The translations under genes and the position numbers were made by a program. The notes beneath the pieces are model-generated. The model saw only the letters and a program-made list of their open reading frames with translations, made no database searches and was not told the origin of the DNA. Below are positions 18,156-27,702 of a DNA stretch of 47,169 bases, in pieces (position 1 is the first letter of the stretch; each line of letters opens with the position of its first letter). The DNA is from an uncultured Lachnospiraceae bacterium (GTDB lineage Bacteria; Bacillota; Clostridia; Lachnospirales; Lachnospiraceae), in the NCBI GenBank assembly GCA_946618155.1, contig CAMOKZ010000001.1:1-47169 (forward strand), written 5' to 3'.

Positions 18156-19184
18156 ATGCGAAGACTGTCTGCCGCTGCCGCGGCTGTTTTCCTGGCGCTC
18201 TCTGCGGTCCCCTGCACCGCCCCTGCCGCGCCGGCGGATAAAGAGAGCACCCGCTATATGTCCAGCATGGACACCCTGATCACGATCACCGCCTGGGGCG
18301 AAGGCGCCGAAAAGGCGCTGGACGCGGCCGAGGCCGAGATCATCCGCCTCAACGACCTGCTCAGCATCGGTCTTGAGGACAGCGAGATCTCCCGGCTGAA
18401 CGCTGCCGGGGAAGCCGTCCTGTCCGCCGATTCGCGGGCGCTGGTGGAGGAATCCCTCGCCCTCTATGAGAGCACGGAGGGGGCCTTCGACATCACCGTC
18501 TATCCCCTCATGGAGCTCTGGGGCTTTACCTCCGGCGATTACCGGGTCCCCTCCGATGAAGAGATCGCCGAAGTCCTCGAGACCGTGGACGCCGGGCGCC
18601 TCACCTTCGATTCCGAAACCGGCACCCTCGCCATGGATGAAGGCCAGACGGTGGATCTGGGCGGCATCGCGAAGGGCTACGCCTCCGCCCGCATCATGGA
18701 CATCTTCCGCGAGAACGGCCTGACCAGCGGTCTGGTCTCCCTCGGCGGAAACGTGCAGTGCCTGGGCAGCAAACCGGACGGGAGCCCCTACCGGCTGGGC
18801 ATCCGGGATCCCTTCGGCGGGGACGGCCTTGCCCTGATCATCACCGCCGAGGACTGCGCCGTCATCACTTCCGGCGGCTATGAGCGCTTCTTTGTGGATG
18901 AAGAAAGCGGGCACACCTACCAGCACATCATGGACCCGAAGACGGGCCGGCCGGCCGAGAGCGACCTGGCCTCCGTCTCCATCGTCACCAAAAACGGCAT
19001 GCTCGGCGACGGGCTCTCCACCTCCCTCTACATCATGGGGCTGGAAAAAAGCATCGAGTACTGGCGCGCCCACGCGGACGAGTTCGATTTTATCCTGATC
19101 GGGACCGACGGGAAGATCTACATTTCCGACGGACTCTCCGGCCGGATCGCCTCGGACACCAAAGTGCAGGTAATTGTCCGATGA
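18156..19184 (+). CDS. apbE: FAD:protein FMN transferase (ApbE/Ftp)
   Basis: I prefer the ATG at 18156 (MRRLSAAAAAVFLALSAVPC..., a signal peptide), which has GGAAAGGAGA upstream. The ApbE core motifs DLGGIAKGYA and GGYERFF are present. Confidence 0.88.
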   Translation: MRRLSAAAAAVFLALSAVPCTAPAAPADKESTRYMSSMDTLITITAWGEGAEKALDAAEAEIIRLNDLLSIGLEDSEISRLNAAGEAVLSADSRALVEESLALYESTEGAFDITVYPLMELWGFTSGDYRVPSDEEIAEVLETVDAGRLTFDSETGTLAMDEGQTVDLGGIAKGYASARIMDIFRENGLTSGLVSLGGNVQCLGSKPDGSPYRLGIRDPFGGDGLALIITAEDCAVITSGGYERFFVDEESGHTYQHIMDPKTGRPAESDLASVSIVTKNGMLGDGLSTSLYIMGLEKSIEYWRAHADEFDFILIGTDGKIYISDGLSGRIASDTKVQVIVR

Positions 19185-19305
19185 GCCGCGTTGCGCATTG
19201 ATTCGCGTTTTCGCGCGTGTTATAGTTGAACCATGCAAAATGTTCTGCCGGCTGGCGCCGGCATGGGCAATAGAAAGAAAAAGGAAGCACAAGGAGGACA
19301 TAGGA

Positions 19306-21321
19306 ATGGCCAAAAAGGAAATGACCACAAAAGATTTCCTGAAGGGAGTAGGTCTTGGCGTGGCGGCGCTCGCCATCGTTTTCGCCCTGGAGGGCGGCGA
19401 CCAGTACCTGCAGAATAAGAAAGCCGCTGCCGAGCAGGTGGCAGCCGCCGAGGCTGCTGCTGCGGCCGCAAAGGCGATGGGGGCCTCCGGCTCCTATACG
19501 GCCGGCACATACACGGCAAGCGCAAAGGGCATGGAGAGCGATGTCACCGTCACCATGACCTTCGATGAGACCAATATCACCAATGTAGAAGTTGACTCTT
19601 CCGGCGAGACGCCGGATATCGGCGCGGCTGCCGCCGACGACCTCGCTTCCGCCATCCTGACGGCGCAGAGCGACAAGTTCGACGGCGTATCCGGCGCGAC
19701 CGTCACCTCGGACGCTGCCCGTGCCGCCGCTGCCGCATGTATCGCCCAGGCCTCCGGCGAGGAAGTCCCCGCCGCGGAAACCGAAGCCGCTCCGGCCGAG
19801 GAAGCCGCCACGGAAGCGGTCGCCCCGGCTGCCGAAGCTGCCGGCGAAGAAGCTGCGACGGAAGCTGCCGCACCGGCCGCTGTCTCTGCAGGCGCCGCCT
19901 ACGTGCCCGGCACCTACACCGCCACCGCAAAGGGTCTGGAGAGCGACGTTACCGCTACCCTGACCTTCGACGAGACCTCCATCACGGACGTCGTCTTCGA
20001 TGTCTCCGGCGAGACCCAGGGCATCGGCACCGAGACCGGCGAGCCGCTGGCCGCCGCCATCCTGGAAGCCCAGAGCGCTGAGGTGGACGTCGTTGCCGGC
20101 GCCTCCATCACCTCCGGCGCTGCCCTCGAGGCTGCCGCCGACTGCATCGCCCAGGCCTCCGGCTCCGCTGCCGGCGAGGCTGTGGAAGCGGCCACCGAGG
20201 CCGTCGAAGCGGTCGCGGAAGCTGCAGAAGCAGTTACGGAAGCTGCCGAAGAAGTCCTGATCAGCGAGACCGAGATCATGGAAGTCGCGGAAGATCCCGT
20301 CGGCGCCGCTGCCTATGTGCCCGGCACCTACACTGCCGCTGCCAAGGGTCTGGAGAGCGACGTCACCGCTACCCTGACCTTCGACGAAAGCTCCATCACC
20401 GATGTCGTCTTCGATGTCTCCGGCGAGACCAAGGGCATCGGCACCGAGACCGGCGAACCGCTGGCCGCCGCCATCCTGGATGCCCAGAGCGCTGAGGTGG
20501 ACGTCATTGCCGGCGCCTCCATCACCTCCGGCGCCGCCCTCGAGGCTGCCGCCGACTGCATCGCCCAGGCCTCCGGCTCCGCTGCCGGCGAAGCTGTAGA
20601 AGCTGCCACCGAAGCGATCGAGGCTGCCCAAGCCGTTGAAGCTGCGACCGAGGCTGTCGAGGCCGTTGAAGCGGCCACTGAGGCTGTCGAAGCTGTTGAA
20701 GCGGCCACCGAGGCTGCTGCCGGCGCGCTCTACGTGCCCGGCACCTACACGGCCACCGCAAAGGGTCTGGAAAGCGATGTCACCGCTACCCTGACCTTTG
20801 ATGAAAGCGCCATCACCGATGTCTCCTTCGATGTATCCGGCGAGACCAAGGGCATCGGCACCGAGACCGGCGAGCCGCTGGCCGCCGCCATCCTGGAAGC
20901 CCAGAACGCTGAGGTAGACGTCATTGCCGGCGCCTCCATCACCTCCGGCGCTGCCCTCGAGGCTGCCGCCGACTGCATCGCCCAGGCCCTGACCGCCGGC
21001 GAAGATGCCGGTGAGGAAGCTGTAACGGAAGCCGCTGCTGCAGGCGCTGCGGGCTATACGCCGGGCACCTACACTGCCACCGCAAAGGGTCTGGAGAGCG
21101 ACGTCACCGCCACCCTGACCTTCGACGAGACCTCCATCACCGATGTCTCCTTCGACGTCTCCGGCGAGACCAAGGGCATCGGCACGGAAACGGGCGAGCC
21201 CCTGGCCGCCGCCATCCTGGATGCCCAGAGCGCCCAGGTGGACGTCATTGCAGGCGCTTCCATCACCTCCGGCGCCGCCCTTGAGGCTGCTGCAGACTGC
21301 ATCGCCCAGGCCGCGAAGTAA
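19306..21321 (+). CDS. membrane-anchored protein with five tandem FMN-binding domains
   Basis: I prefer the ATG at 19306 (MAKKEMTTKDFLKGVGLGVAALAIVFAL), with AAGGAGGA upstream. Each of the five modules starts Y(T/V)PGTYTA.AKG.ESDVT and carries a flavinylation-type motif: DGVSGATVTS once and DV(V/I)AGASITS four times. The modules are separated by Ala/Glu-rich linkers. Confidence 0.85.
   Translation: MAKKEMTTKDFLKGVGLGVAALAIVFALEGGDQYLQNKKAAAEQVAAAEAAAAAAKAMGASGSYTAGTYTASAKGMESDVTVTMTFDETNITNVEVDSSGETPDIGAAAADDLASAILTAQSDKFDGVSGATVTSDAARAAAAACIAQASGEEVPAAETEAAPAEEAATEAVAPAAEAAGEEAATEAAAPAAVSAGAAYVPGTYTATAKGLESDVTATLTFDETSITDVVFDVSGETQGIGTETGEPLAAAILEAQSAEVDVVAGASITSGAALEAAADCIAQASGSAAGEAVEAATEAVEAVAEAAEAVTEAAEEVLISETEIMEVAEDPVGAAAYVPGTYTAAAKGLESDVTATLTFDESSITDVVFDVSGETKGIGTETGEPLAAAILDAQSAEVDVIAGASITSGAALEAAADCIAQASGSAAGEAVEAATEAIEAAQAVEAATEAVEAVEAATEAVEAVEAATEAAAGALYVPGTYTATAKGLESDVTATLTFDESAITDVSFDVSGETKGIGTETGEPLAAAILEAQNAEVDVIAGASITSGAALEAAADCIAQALTAGEDAGEEAVTEAAAAGAAGYTPGTYTATAKGLESDVTATLTFDETSITDVSFDVSGETKGIGTETGEPLAAAILDAQSAQVDVIAGASITSGAALEAAADCIAQAAK
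19897..21318 (+). repeat. four near-identical tandem coding repeats (FMN-binding modules 2-5)
   Basis: Copies start at 19897, 20311, 20728 and 21052, giving periods of 414, 417 and 324 nt. The core of about 270 nt differs only at scattered, mostly third-codon positions. A more divergent first module lies at about 19491..19760. Confidence 0.85.
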
Positions 21322-21382
21322 GACGCGCCTCCGGTGTCCAACCTGCACAAAGGCTTTTTCGGTTTTTCGTTCACGCGGGACA

Positions 21383-21411
21383 TTGTTTCCTCTTCCCGCT
21401 GCGCGTATACT
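21383..21411 (+). promoter_or_regulatory. candidate sigma-A promoter for the sugar ABC ATPase gene
   Basis: TTGTTT (21383..21388), a 17-nt spacer, then TATACT (21406..21411). It lies about 50 nt upstream of the RBS GGGAGGG. Confidence 0.4.
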
Positions 21412-21462
21412 AAAGCCAGTTGAAAAAGGCGCATGCCGCGCCGCCACCAGGGAGGGTTAAAA

Positions 21463-22572
21463 ATGGCAAGTTTATCTCTGAAGCACATCGAAAAAGTGTA
21501 TTCCAACGGTTTCCACGCGGTTAAGGATTTCAACCTTGAGATCGCCGACAAGGAATTCATCATCTTCGTCGGTCCGTCCGGCTGCGGTAAGTCCACCACG
21601 CTGCGTATGATCGCCGGCCTTGAAGATATCTCCGGCGGCGAGCTGATCATCGACGGCAAGCTGGTCAACGATGTTGAGCCCAAGGACCGCGATATCGCGA
21701 TGGTTTTCCAGAACTACGCTCTGTATCCGCATATGACGGTTTATGATAACATGGCGTTCTCCCTTAAGCTCCGCAAGGTGCCGAAGGACGAGATCGACCG
21801 CAAGGTCCGCGAAGCAGCCCGCATCCTGAACCTGGACGGCCTGCTTGACCGTAAGCCGAAGGCTCTTTCCGGCGGCCAGAGACAGCGTGTTGCCATGGGC
21901 CGTGCTATCGTCCGTAACCCGAAGGTCTTCCTCATGGATGAGCCGCTGTCCAACCTGGATGCGAAGCTGAGAGTCCAGATGCGTCTGGAGATCTCCAAGC
22001 TGCATCAGAGCCTGGGCACCACGTTCATCTATGTTACCCATGACCAGACCGAGGCTATGACGCTTGGTACCCGTATCGTCGTCATGAAGGACGGCGTCGT
22101 GCAGCAGGTCGGTTCCCCGGATGAGCTGTATTCCCGTCCCTGCAACCTCTTCGTTGCAGGCTTCATCGGATCTCCGCAGATGAACTTCCTTGAAGCCGAG
22201 ATCCTTGAACAGGGCGGCAAGGTCTGCGCCAAGGTCGGCGATGCCATGCTCAACGTTCCGGCTGCAAAGGCCAGCGCACTCAAGGCCGGCGGCTATGTAG
22301 GCAAGAAGGTCACCCTTGGTATCCGTCCGGAGAACCTGAGCAACCTTCCGGCTGATGTCGCTGCTTCCTCTGATGTTATCTCCGCTGACATCCGTGTCGT
22401 GGAGCCGCTCGGCGCAGAAGTCTTCCTGTACTTCGATTATGCCGGCACCGCTATGACGGCCCGCGTCGATCCGAGCAGCACCTCCAAGGTCAACGATACC
22501 GTTAAGTTCGCACTGAACATGGAGAAGGCTCACTTCTTCGACAAGGACAGCGAGGTCACGATCACCAACTGA
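21463..22572 (+). CDS. sugar ABC transporter ATP-binding protein (MsmX/MsmK/MalK/UgpC type), orphan
   Basis: I prefer the ATG at 21463 ([13 protein letters not shown]...). It has Walker [10 protein letters not shown], the signature LSGGQRQR, Walker B FLMDEPLS and a C-terminal TOBE-like regulatory domain. No permease or binding-protein gene is adjacent. Confidence 0.9.
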   Translation: MASLSLKHIEKVYSNGFHAVKDFNLEIADKEFIIFVGPSGCGKSTTLRMIAGLEDISGGELIIDGKLVNDVEPKDRDIAMVFQNYALYPHMTVYDNMAFSLKLRKVPKDEIDRKVREAARILNLDGLLDRKPKALSGGQRQRVAMGRAIVRNPKVFLMDEPLSNLDAKLRVQMRLEISKLHQSLGTTFIYVTHDQTEAMTLGTRIVVMKDGVVQQVGSPDELYSRPCNLFVAGFIGSPQMNFLEAEILEQGGKVCAKVGDAMLNVPAAKASALKAGGYVGKKVTLGIRPENLSNLPADVAASSDVISADIRVVEPLGAEVFLYFDYAGTAMTARVDPSSTSKVNDTVKFALNMEKAHFFDKDSEVTITN

Positions 22573-22602
22573 TCCGAAGTCCATCACTGATGAGCATTTC
22601 GT

Positions 22603-22650
22603 CCCGCCGGTCCGCCGCCCATGCGGCGGACCGGCGGGAATACTTTTTTA
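22603..22650 (+). terminator. strong Rho-independent terminator
   Basis: A perfect 16-bp GC-rich stem, CCCGCCGGTCCGCCGC (22603..22618) with GCGGCGGACCGGCGGG (22623..22638), around the loop CCAT. It is followed by a T-run. Confidence 0.85.
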
Positions 22651-22663
22651 AGGGAGCACTGCG

Positions 22664-23578
22664 ATGAACGCTTCAAAAAAACTAGACAGCGCGTTGGCGG
22701 AGCTCGGACGGCTGACCGGCCTCTCCGTCTCTCCCACGGCCCAGGTCCGTTCTCCGGAGGAAGAGGAAGCCCTTCTCGCCGGGGTGCGCATGCTTACCCA
22801 GACCTGGCGCGCTTCCCATGACCGTGCCCGTTTCTGGCAGGATCTGCTTGACGGGACCTTAACGGATGAGGCCCGGATCCTTTCGCTGGCCATGGCCCAT
22901 CACATCGCGGCGGACCGCGAGCGGCTGGTCCTGCTCTGCGACTGCCCGCCGGGCGCTGCGGAAACCGTCGCTCCCATCCTGCAGGGACTGTTTCCCTCCT
23001 CTTCCTCCGCCGACACGGTGATGATGAAGGAGGGCCGGTTTGCCGTCGTGTACGCCCCGTCCCGTCCCGGGGAGGAGATCTTCTCCTTCCTGCACAGCAC
23101 CTTCGATACCCTCAGCGCCGAGGCCATGGTGCCCGTGCGCGTCTCCTGCAGCGGTCCCGCGCCCCTCGGGCAGCTTGCCGGAACATGGCAGGAGTGCATT
23201 CTCGCCATGGAGATCGGCACCCTCTTTATGCCCGGCGAGAACGTCTATCCCTTCCGGGGCCTGGGGATCGGAAAGCTGATCTGGCGCACTCCGCCGGAGG
23301 CGTCCAGGGAGTTTATCGAGGAGAACCTTCTGCCCTTTGACCCCGAAGAGCTTACCGATGAGCTCATCGAGACCGCCCAGTGCTTTTTCAGCTGCGACCT
23401 GGTCATCACGGCGGCCGCCAGGCAGATGCATATGCATCGGAACACGCTCCTCTACCGGCTGGAACAGATCCGCAGGATCACCGGTCTTGACATCCGCCGC
23501 TTTGACGAGGCGGCAAAGCTCTCCCTCGCAATTAATATTCTGCAGTATCTGCAGTACAGAAAAAAGGATCCATCCTGA
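22664..23578 (+). CDS. PucR/CdaR-family transcriptional regulator
   Basis: 304 aa. The C-terminal HTH AARQMHMHRNTLLYRLEQIRRITGLDIRRFDEAAKLSLAINIL is typical of the PucR C-terminal domain. Confidence 0.75.
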   Translation: MNASKKLDSALAELGRLTGLSVSPTAQVRSPEEEEALLAGVRMLTQTWRASHDRARFWQDLLDGTLTDEARILSLAMAHHIAADRERLVLLCDCPPGAAETVAPILQGLFPSSSSADTVMMKEGRFAVVYAPSRPGEEIFSFLHSTFDTLSAEAMVPVRVSCSGPAPLGQLAGTWQECILAMEIGTLFMPGENVYPFRGLGIGKLIWRTPPEASREFIEENLLPFDPEELTDELIETAQCFFSCDLVITAAARQMHMHRNTLLYRLEQIRRITGLDIRRFDEAAKLSLAINILQYLQYRKKDPS

Positions 23579-23595
23579 AGGACAGATCCTTTTTT
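23560..23595. terminator. candidate bidirectional terminator between convergent genes
   Basis: AAAAAAGGATC (23560..23570) pairs with GATCCTTTTTT (23585..23595) around a 14-nt loop that contains the regulator stop codon. The GC core is only 5 bp, so it is weak. Confidence 0.35.
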
Positions 23596-23617
23596 CATTC
23601 AGTTCAGTTCTTTTCGC

Positions 23618-24082
23618 TCAGCCGAAAAACTCCGGGTTTTCCTTCTCGAATTTGTTCAGGCTCTCGATGATCTCCGCTTTCTCTTCTTCACTGAAGATCG
23701 ACATCGTCTCCCCGATCATCTTCACATGCCCGATGATCACGCGGGTGATCAGTTCCTCCCCCGCCTCCGACAGGGTGATCTTATAGCTTCTCCTGTCTTT
23801 CGGATTCTTCTCTCTGCGGATGTAACCGTCGCGCTCCATATTGTGGATGACGACCGTCATATTGCCTGGCGTGGCGTACACTGCATCGATCAGCTGCTGT
23901 ACGCTCATCGATCCTCTGTGATGAAGGACTTCCATCACGCAGTACTGCATGGATGTCAGATTATAGTCGCGCAGGAAACGGTTCTCCCTGCCCTTGACTA
24001 TTCTCTCTGCTTTGCGGAACATAAGAGCCAGTTTGATCGAGCTGCTGTTGTCTTTTACGATGTGCTGTTCATTTTCGTTCAT
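23618..24082 (-). CDS. MarR-family transcriptional regulator
   Basis: 154 aa with a winged-HTH core (LTSMQYCVMEVLHHRGSMSVQQLIDAV...GYIRREKNPKDRRSYKITLSEAG). Confidence 0.85.
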   Translation of the reverse strand: MNENEQHIVKDNSSSIKLALMFRKAERIVKGRENRFLRDYNLTSMQYCVMEVLHHRGSMSVQQLIDAVYATPGNMTVVIHNMERDGYIRREKNPKDRRSYKITLSEAGEELITRVIIGHVKMIGETMSIFSEEEKAEIIESLNKFEKENPEFFG

Positions 24083-24152
24083 ACACCTGCTCCTTTGGTT
24101 TTAATAACAAGGACCCCCCTCCGTCGAAACGGAATACTCTATCTTTCTATCC

Positions 24153-24917
24153 TCACAGCGCAATCTTGTGCTCTGCCAGCCATGCACTGGCAAGCCACGC
24201 GCCGACTGCGCAAAGGGATTCAAAGATCATGCGCGGAATCTGTTCCGCAAGAAGAAACTGCAGTTCTTTCCCGCTGTAGATGTCAGAACCGGGCAGCTTC
24301 GTGCTGATCCAGGACATCACGCCGGTCAGGACAAGGAAAAGGATGACGCTGATCACCGTCCTCCCCTTGTTCCGGTGCAGCAGGGTCGCGCTGAGCGAGA
24401 CGGCCAGAATGGCAAAGGAAGCCGTCACGACACAGGAGATCAGGATCTCAATGATCACGTAGGCCGTATAGGAAACCAGTCCGGACACGGAAAGATTCAG
24501 GCTCTGCAGCACGTAATCCAGCAGGGAGGACATCGTATCCAGCGCGAACTTTCTGCGGATGGGCTCGTAATTGGCCATCTGCAGCAGGCCGGCCCCGGCG
24601 CCGATAATGGAGGCGCCCGACAGCGCGGTCAGAACCTTGGCCCCGATGATGCGGTAGGCGGAATTCGGCGTCATGAAAACAAGATATCCGCTCTTGCTGC
24701 CCAGCTCCCTGGCAAAATTCACCGGCTGCGCGAAAAGCATGTAGAGCACTGCGGCAAAGGCCGCAGCGAAAATAAGGGCAAAGGCGATCACGATCAGTTC
24801 TTCGCGGTTCATGGCGAAACCGATGCCCAGCATAGCCTCAAGGATAAGGAAGCTCAGCAGGATGATTCCAAGGGCAAAGCCGATCTTGCGATACTCATGT
24901 TTGATCAGTTTAAGCAT
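24153..24917 (-). CDS. ABC-2-type transporter permease (multi-pass membrane protein)
   Basis: 254-aa ORF, hydrophobic throughout (about six predicted helices). Its start overlaps the stop of the upstream ABC ATPase gene. Confidence 0.7.
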   Translation of the reverse strand: MLKLIKHEYRKIGFALGIILLSFLILEAMLGIGFAMNREELIVIAFALIFAAAFAAVLYMLFAQPVNFARELGSKSGYLVFMTPNSAYRIIGAKVLTALSGASIIGAGAGLLQMANYEPIRRKFALDTMSSLLDYVLQSLNLSVSGLVSYTAYVIIEILISCVVTASFAILAVSLSATLLHRNKGRTVISVILFLVLTGVMSWISTKLPGSDIYSGKELQFLLAEQIPRMIFESLCAVGAWLASAWLAEHKIAL

Positions 24918-25630
24918 TATTTATCCTCCCCGGCATCTTCCATGTGCCCGGCAAAAATATCCCGGTACAGATCAGACAGGCTCTTTCCGTCCTGTTCAAG
25001 TTCCTGCACGCTTCCGGAAAGGACATTTTTCCCTTTGCGAATATACACTGCATGATCGGCGAGTTTTTCCAGCTCGTCGACGAGATGGCTGGACATCAGG
25101 ATGGTCTGGGACGCATCCGTCTGGTCCGCGATCAGGTCCATCACCTGATCTCTCGCGATCAGGTCGATGCCGTTGAGCGGCTCGTCCAGCATCAGGACGG
25201 CGGCGCCGCGGGAAAGGGTCGCCGCGATCTTCAGCTTGGCCATCATACCGGAGGAGAGTTCCTTCGCCTTCGCCTTCGGGTCAAGGTCCATCCGCCTGAT
25301 GGTCAGCATGTATTTCTCCATGTTGAAGTCCTTGAAGAAATCGGCGTAATACCTGCCGAAGGACTCACAGGTCATATAGTTGAAATAAAACGGTTCGGTG
25401 GGCATATAGGCGATCTTCGCCTTTGCGCGCCAGGTCAGGGGCTCTCCGTCCAGGAGAATTCTCCCGCCGTCCGGCATGGTCAGGCCGGCGATCATTTTCA
25501 TCATGGTGGATTTTCCGCTGCCGTTCGGGCCGAGCAGGGCGTAGCGCCCTCCGGTCTCGAAGGTAATGCTCAGATCATCCAGTGCCGTGACCTGACTGTA
25601 CTTCTTGGTCAGATGTTCACATGTCACCAT
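24917..25630 (-). CDS. ABC transporter ATP-binding protein
   Basis: 237 aa. It has Walker A GPNGSGKST, an SSGMMAK-type signature, Walker B LMLDEPLNG and an H-loop SSH. Confidence 0.88.
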   Translation of the reverse strand: MVTCEHLTKKYSQVTALDDLSITFETGGRYALLGPNGSGKSTMMKMIAGLTMPDGGRILLDGEPLTWRAKAKIAYMPTEPFYFNYMTCESFGRYYADFFKDFNMEKYMLTIRRMDLDPKAKAKELSSGMMAKLKIAATLSRGAAVLMLDEPLNGIDLIARDQVMDLIADQTDASQTILMSSHLVDELEKLADHAVYIRKGKNVLSGSVQELEQDGKSLSDLYRDIFAGHMEDAGEDK

Positions 25631-25782
25631 TTCTTTTTCCTCCCCCCGGTCTGCTCCCGGGGAAATCTAATAAGTATTATATAACAGAAACCGGCTGATA
25701 GCAACCGCTGATGTGCCGCGGCCGTCCGGCGGATGCCGTCCCCGCTGAAGATCGTCAGGTTGTCAGAATGTCATGTTTCGGA

Positions 25783-27504
25783 TCAGACGAAGCGCTGCCG
25801 GCGGATGCGGCTGACGAGCTCGCGGTTGTCCTTGGTGCGCACGAACATGTTCAGGATATTCTCCACCGCTTCCTCGCCCTTGAGGCCGTTGAGGGCCTTG
25901 CGCATGATATAGACCGCCTCCAGCTCGTCCTTGTCCAGGAGCAGGTCTTCTCTGCGGGTCCCGGACTTCTGGATATCGATGGCCGGGAAAACGCGCCGCT
26001 CGGAGAGCTTCCGGTCAAGGACAAGCTCCATATTGCCCGTCCCCTTGAACTCTTCGTAGACCACGTCGTCCATCTTGCTGCCGGTGTCCACCAGCGCAGT
26101 GGCCAGGACCGTCAGGCTGCCGCCCTCGCGCATGTTGCGCGCCGCGCCGAAAAACCGCTTGGGCATATAGAGGGCCGCCGGGTCAAGACCGCCGGAAAGC
26201 GTTCTTCCGCTGGGCGGGACCGTGAGGTTGTACGCCCTGGCGAGCCTGGTGATGGAGTCCAGCAGGATCGTGACGTCCCTGTTGTGCTCGACCAGACGCT
26301 TCGCTCTCTCTATTCCCATCTCGGAGACCCGCTTGTGATGATCGGGCAGCTCGTCGAAGGTCGAATAGAGCACCTCCACGTTCGGCCCGGTGATGGCCTC
26401 CTTGATATCCGTGACCTCCTCCGGGCGCTCGTCGATGAGCATGATGATCACGGTCATCTCCGGATTGTTGCGCAGGATAGACCGCGCGATATCCTTGAGC
26501 AGGGTCGTCTTGCCGGCCTTGGGCGGGGAGACGATCATGCCCCTCTGCCCCTTGCCGATCGGCGAGATCAGGTCGACGATCCGCATGGCGACGTCATTTC
26601 CGCCGCGCTCCATGCGCAGCCGCTCATTCGGGAATACGGGCGTCATGTCCTCGAAGACATACCGCTTCTGCGCCTCGGAGGGCAGCATCCCGTTAATGCT
26701 CTTGACATAGAGAAGGGCGCCGAATTTCTCTCCCTGTCCGCGCACGCGCATGTTCCCGGTGATGTGGTCGCCGGTCTTCAGGCCGAACTTGCGGATCTGG
26801 GACGGGGAAACGTAGACGTCGTTCTCGCCGGACAGGTAGTTGTCGCAGCGGATGAAGCCGTACCCGTCGGCCATGACCTCCAGGATGCCGGCTGCCTGCT
26901 GTCCGCTGTCCAGCTCGGTCAGCTCTGAGGGCAGATGTTCCGCTCTCCCCTCCGGGCGCGGTGCCGGGCGCATGCCCTCTCCGCTCCGTACCGGGGCTCC
27001 TTCAGGCCGCTGGGCAGCGGGGCGCATCCCCTCGCCGCCCCGTACCGGGGCTCCTTCCGGGCGCTGGGCTGCAGGGCGCATCCCCTCGCCGCTCCTTGCC
27101 GGACCGGCCTGCCGCATGGGGGCTCTGCCTCTCTCCTGCCCGGGCTGCTGCGGACGCTGCCGCATGATGGGCCCTCTTCTTACGGGCGCGCCCTCTTTTC
27201 TTGCCTCTGCGGGAGCAGCCTCTTCCCGGGCCGCTGTGGCGCCCTTTGCGCGCTCACCTGCGGGAGAGCCCTCTTCCCGGACCGCTGCGGCACGCTTACC
27301 GCTTTCCGCAGACACACTGCCGCCCTCTGCGCCCCCTGCAGACGCCTGGGCCGCCGGCGCTTCCTGCCCGCGGCGCTGCTCGTCCTCCGCGCAGAGAAGG
27401 TCGATGAGATCGCCCTTTTTCATCGCGGACAGACCTTTGTGCCCGCGCAGTTTTGCCATTTCCTTAAGCGCTATGACAGACATAGCCAGATACTTTTCTC
27501 TCAT
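25783..27504 (-). CDS. rho: transcription termination factor Rho with a long low-complexity N-terminal insertion
   Basis: 573 aa. The order is a Rho_N helical domain ([26 protein letters not shown]), an Ala/Gly/Pro/Arg-rich insertion of about 160 aa, a cold-shock-like RNA-binding domain ([15 protein letters not shown]), then the RecA-type ATPase ([10 protein letters not shown]). GAGG RBS lies 6 nt upstream. Confidence 0.93.
   Translation of the reverse strand: MREKYLAMSVIALKEMAKLRGHKGLSAMKKGDLIDLLCAEDEQRRGQEAPAAQASAGGAEGGSVSAESGKRAAAVREEGSPAGERAKGATAAREEAAPAEARKEGAPVRRGPIMRQRPQQPGQERGRAPMRQAGPARSGEGMRPAAQRPEGAPVRGGEGMRPAAQRPEGAPVRSGEGMRPAPRPEGRAEHLPSELTELDSGQQAAGILEVMADGYGFIRCDNYLSGENDVYVSPSQIRKFGLKTGDHITGNMRVRGQGEKFGALLYVKSINGMLPSEAQKRYVFEDMTPVFPNERLRMERGGNDVAMRIVDLISPIGKGQRGMIVSPPKAGKTTLLKDIARSILRNNPEMTVIIMLIDERPEEVTDIKEAITGPNVEVLYSTFDELPDHHKRVSEMGIERAKRLVEHNRDVTILLDSITRLARAYNLTVPPSGRTLSGGLDPAALYMPKRFFGAARNMREGGSLTVLATALVDTGSKMDDVVYEEFKGTGNMELVLDRKLSERRVFPAIDIQKSGTRREDLLLDKDELEAVYIMRKALNGLKGEEAVENILNMFVRTKDNRELVSRIRRQRFV
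26968..27100 (-). repeat. 54-nt tandem coding repeat inside the Rho insertion
   Basis: Copies start at 26968, 27022 and 27076 (plus-strand coordinates; the third is partial). They encode [17 protein letters not shown](G/S), about 2.4 times. Confidence 0.8.
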
Positions 27505-27652
27505 TGATTACCTCATTGCCTGAAAAAAAACAGATTCACACAGCCGGGATTCATTCCGGACATGCAGGCTAAAAAAAAGATACACGGGGATAAAAAAAGA
27601 ATTGAACTAATTCACGTGATCAGCAATCAGTATCAACAGCATAGCACAGCCG

Positions 27653-27686
27653 GCAAAAAAAGAAAAGCCCCCAAACCGGGGGCTTT
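27653..27686 (-). terminator. Rho-independent terminator of the sugar ABC/hexokinase operon
   Basis: Minus strand: AAAGCCCCC, loop GGTTT, GGGGGCTTT, followed by TCTTTTTTTG. It lies 17 nt after the hexokinase-family stop codon. Confidence 0.8.
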
Positions 27687-27702
27687 CTGCCTGTCGTTTC
27701 TG

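Noticed and set aside
19491-21318. Regularly spaced repeats that might suggest a CRISPR array or a satellite.
   Set aside because: The repeats are 270+ nt, in frame and encode FMN-binding domains. The sequences between them are Ala/Glu linkers of the same ORF. No short direct repeats or unique spacers are present.
27505-27702. AT-rich 200-nt region with several A/T runs between rho and the upstream operon. I considered a small RNA or a mobile-element remnant.
   Set aside because: It is best explained as the operon terminator (27653..27686) plus the rho promoter and a long leader. Rho genes commonly have long autoregulated leaders. I found no repeat, ORF or conserved RNA motif I could recognise.
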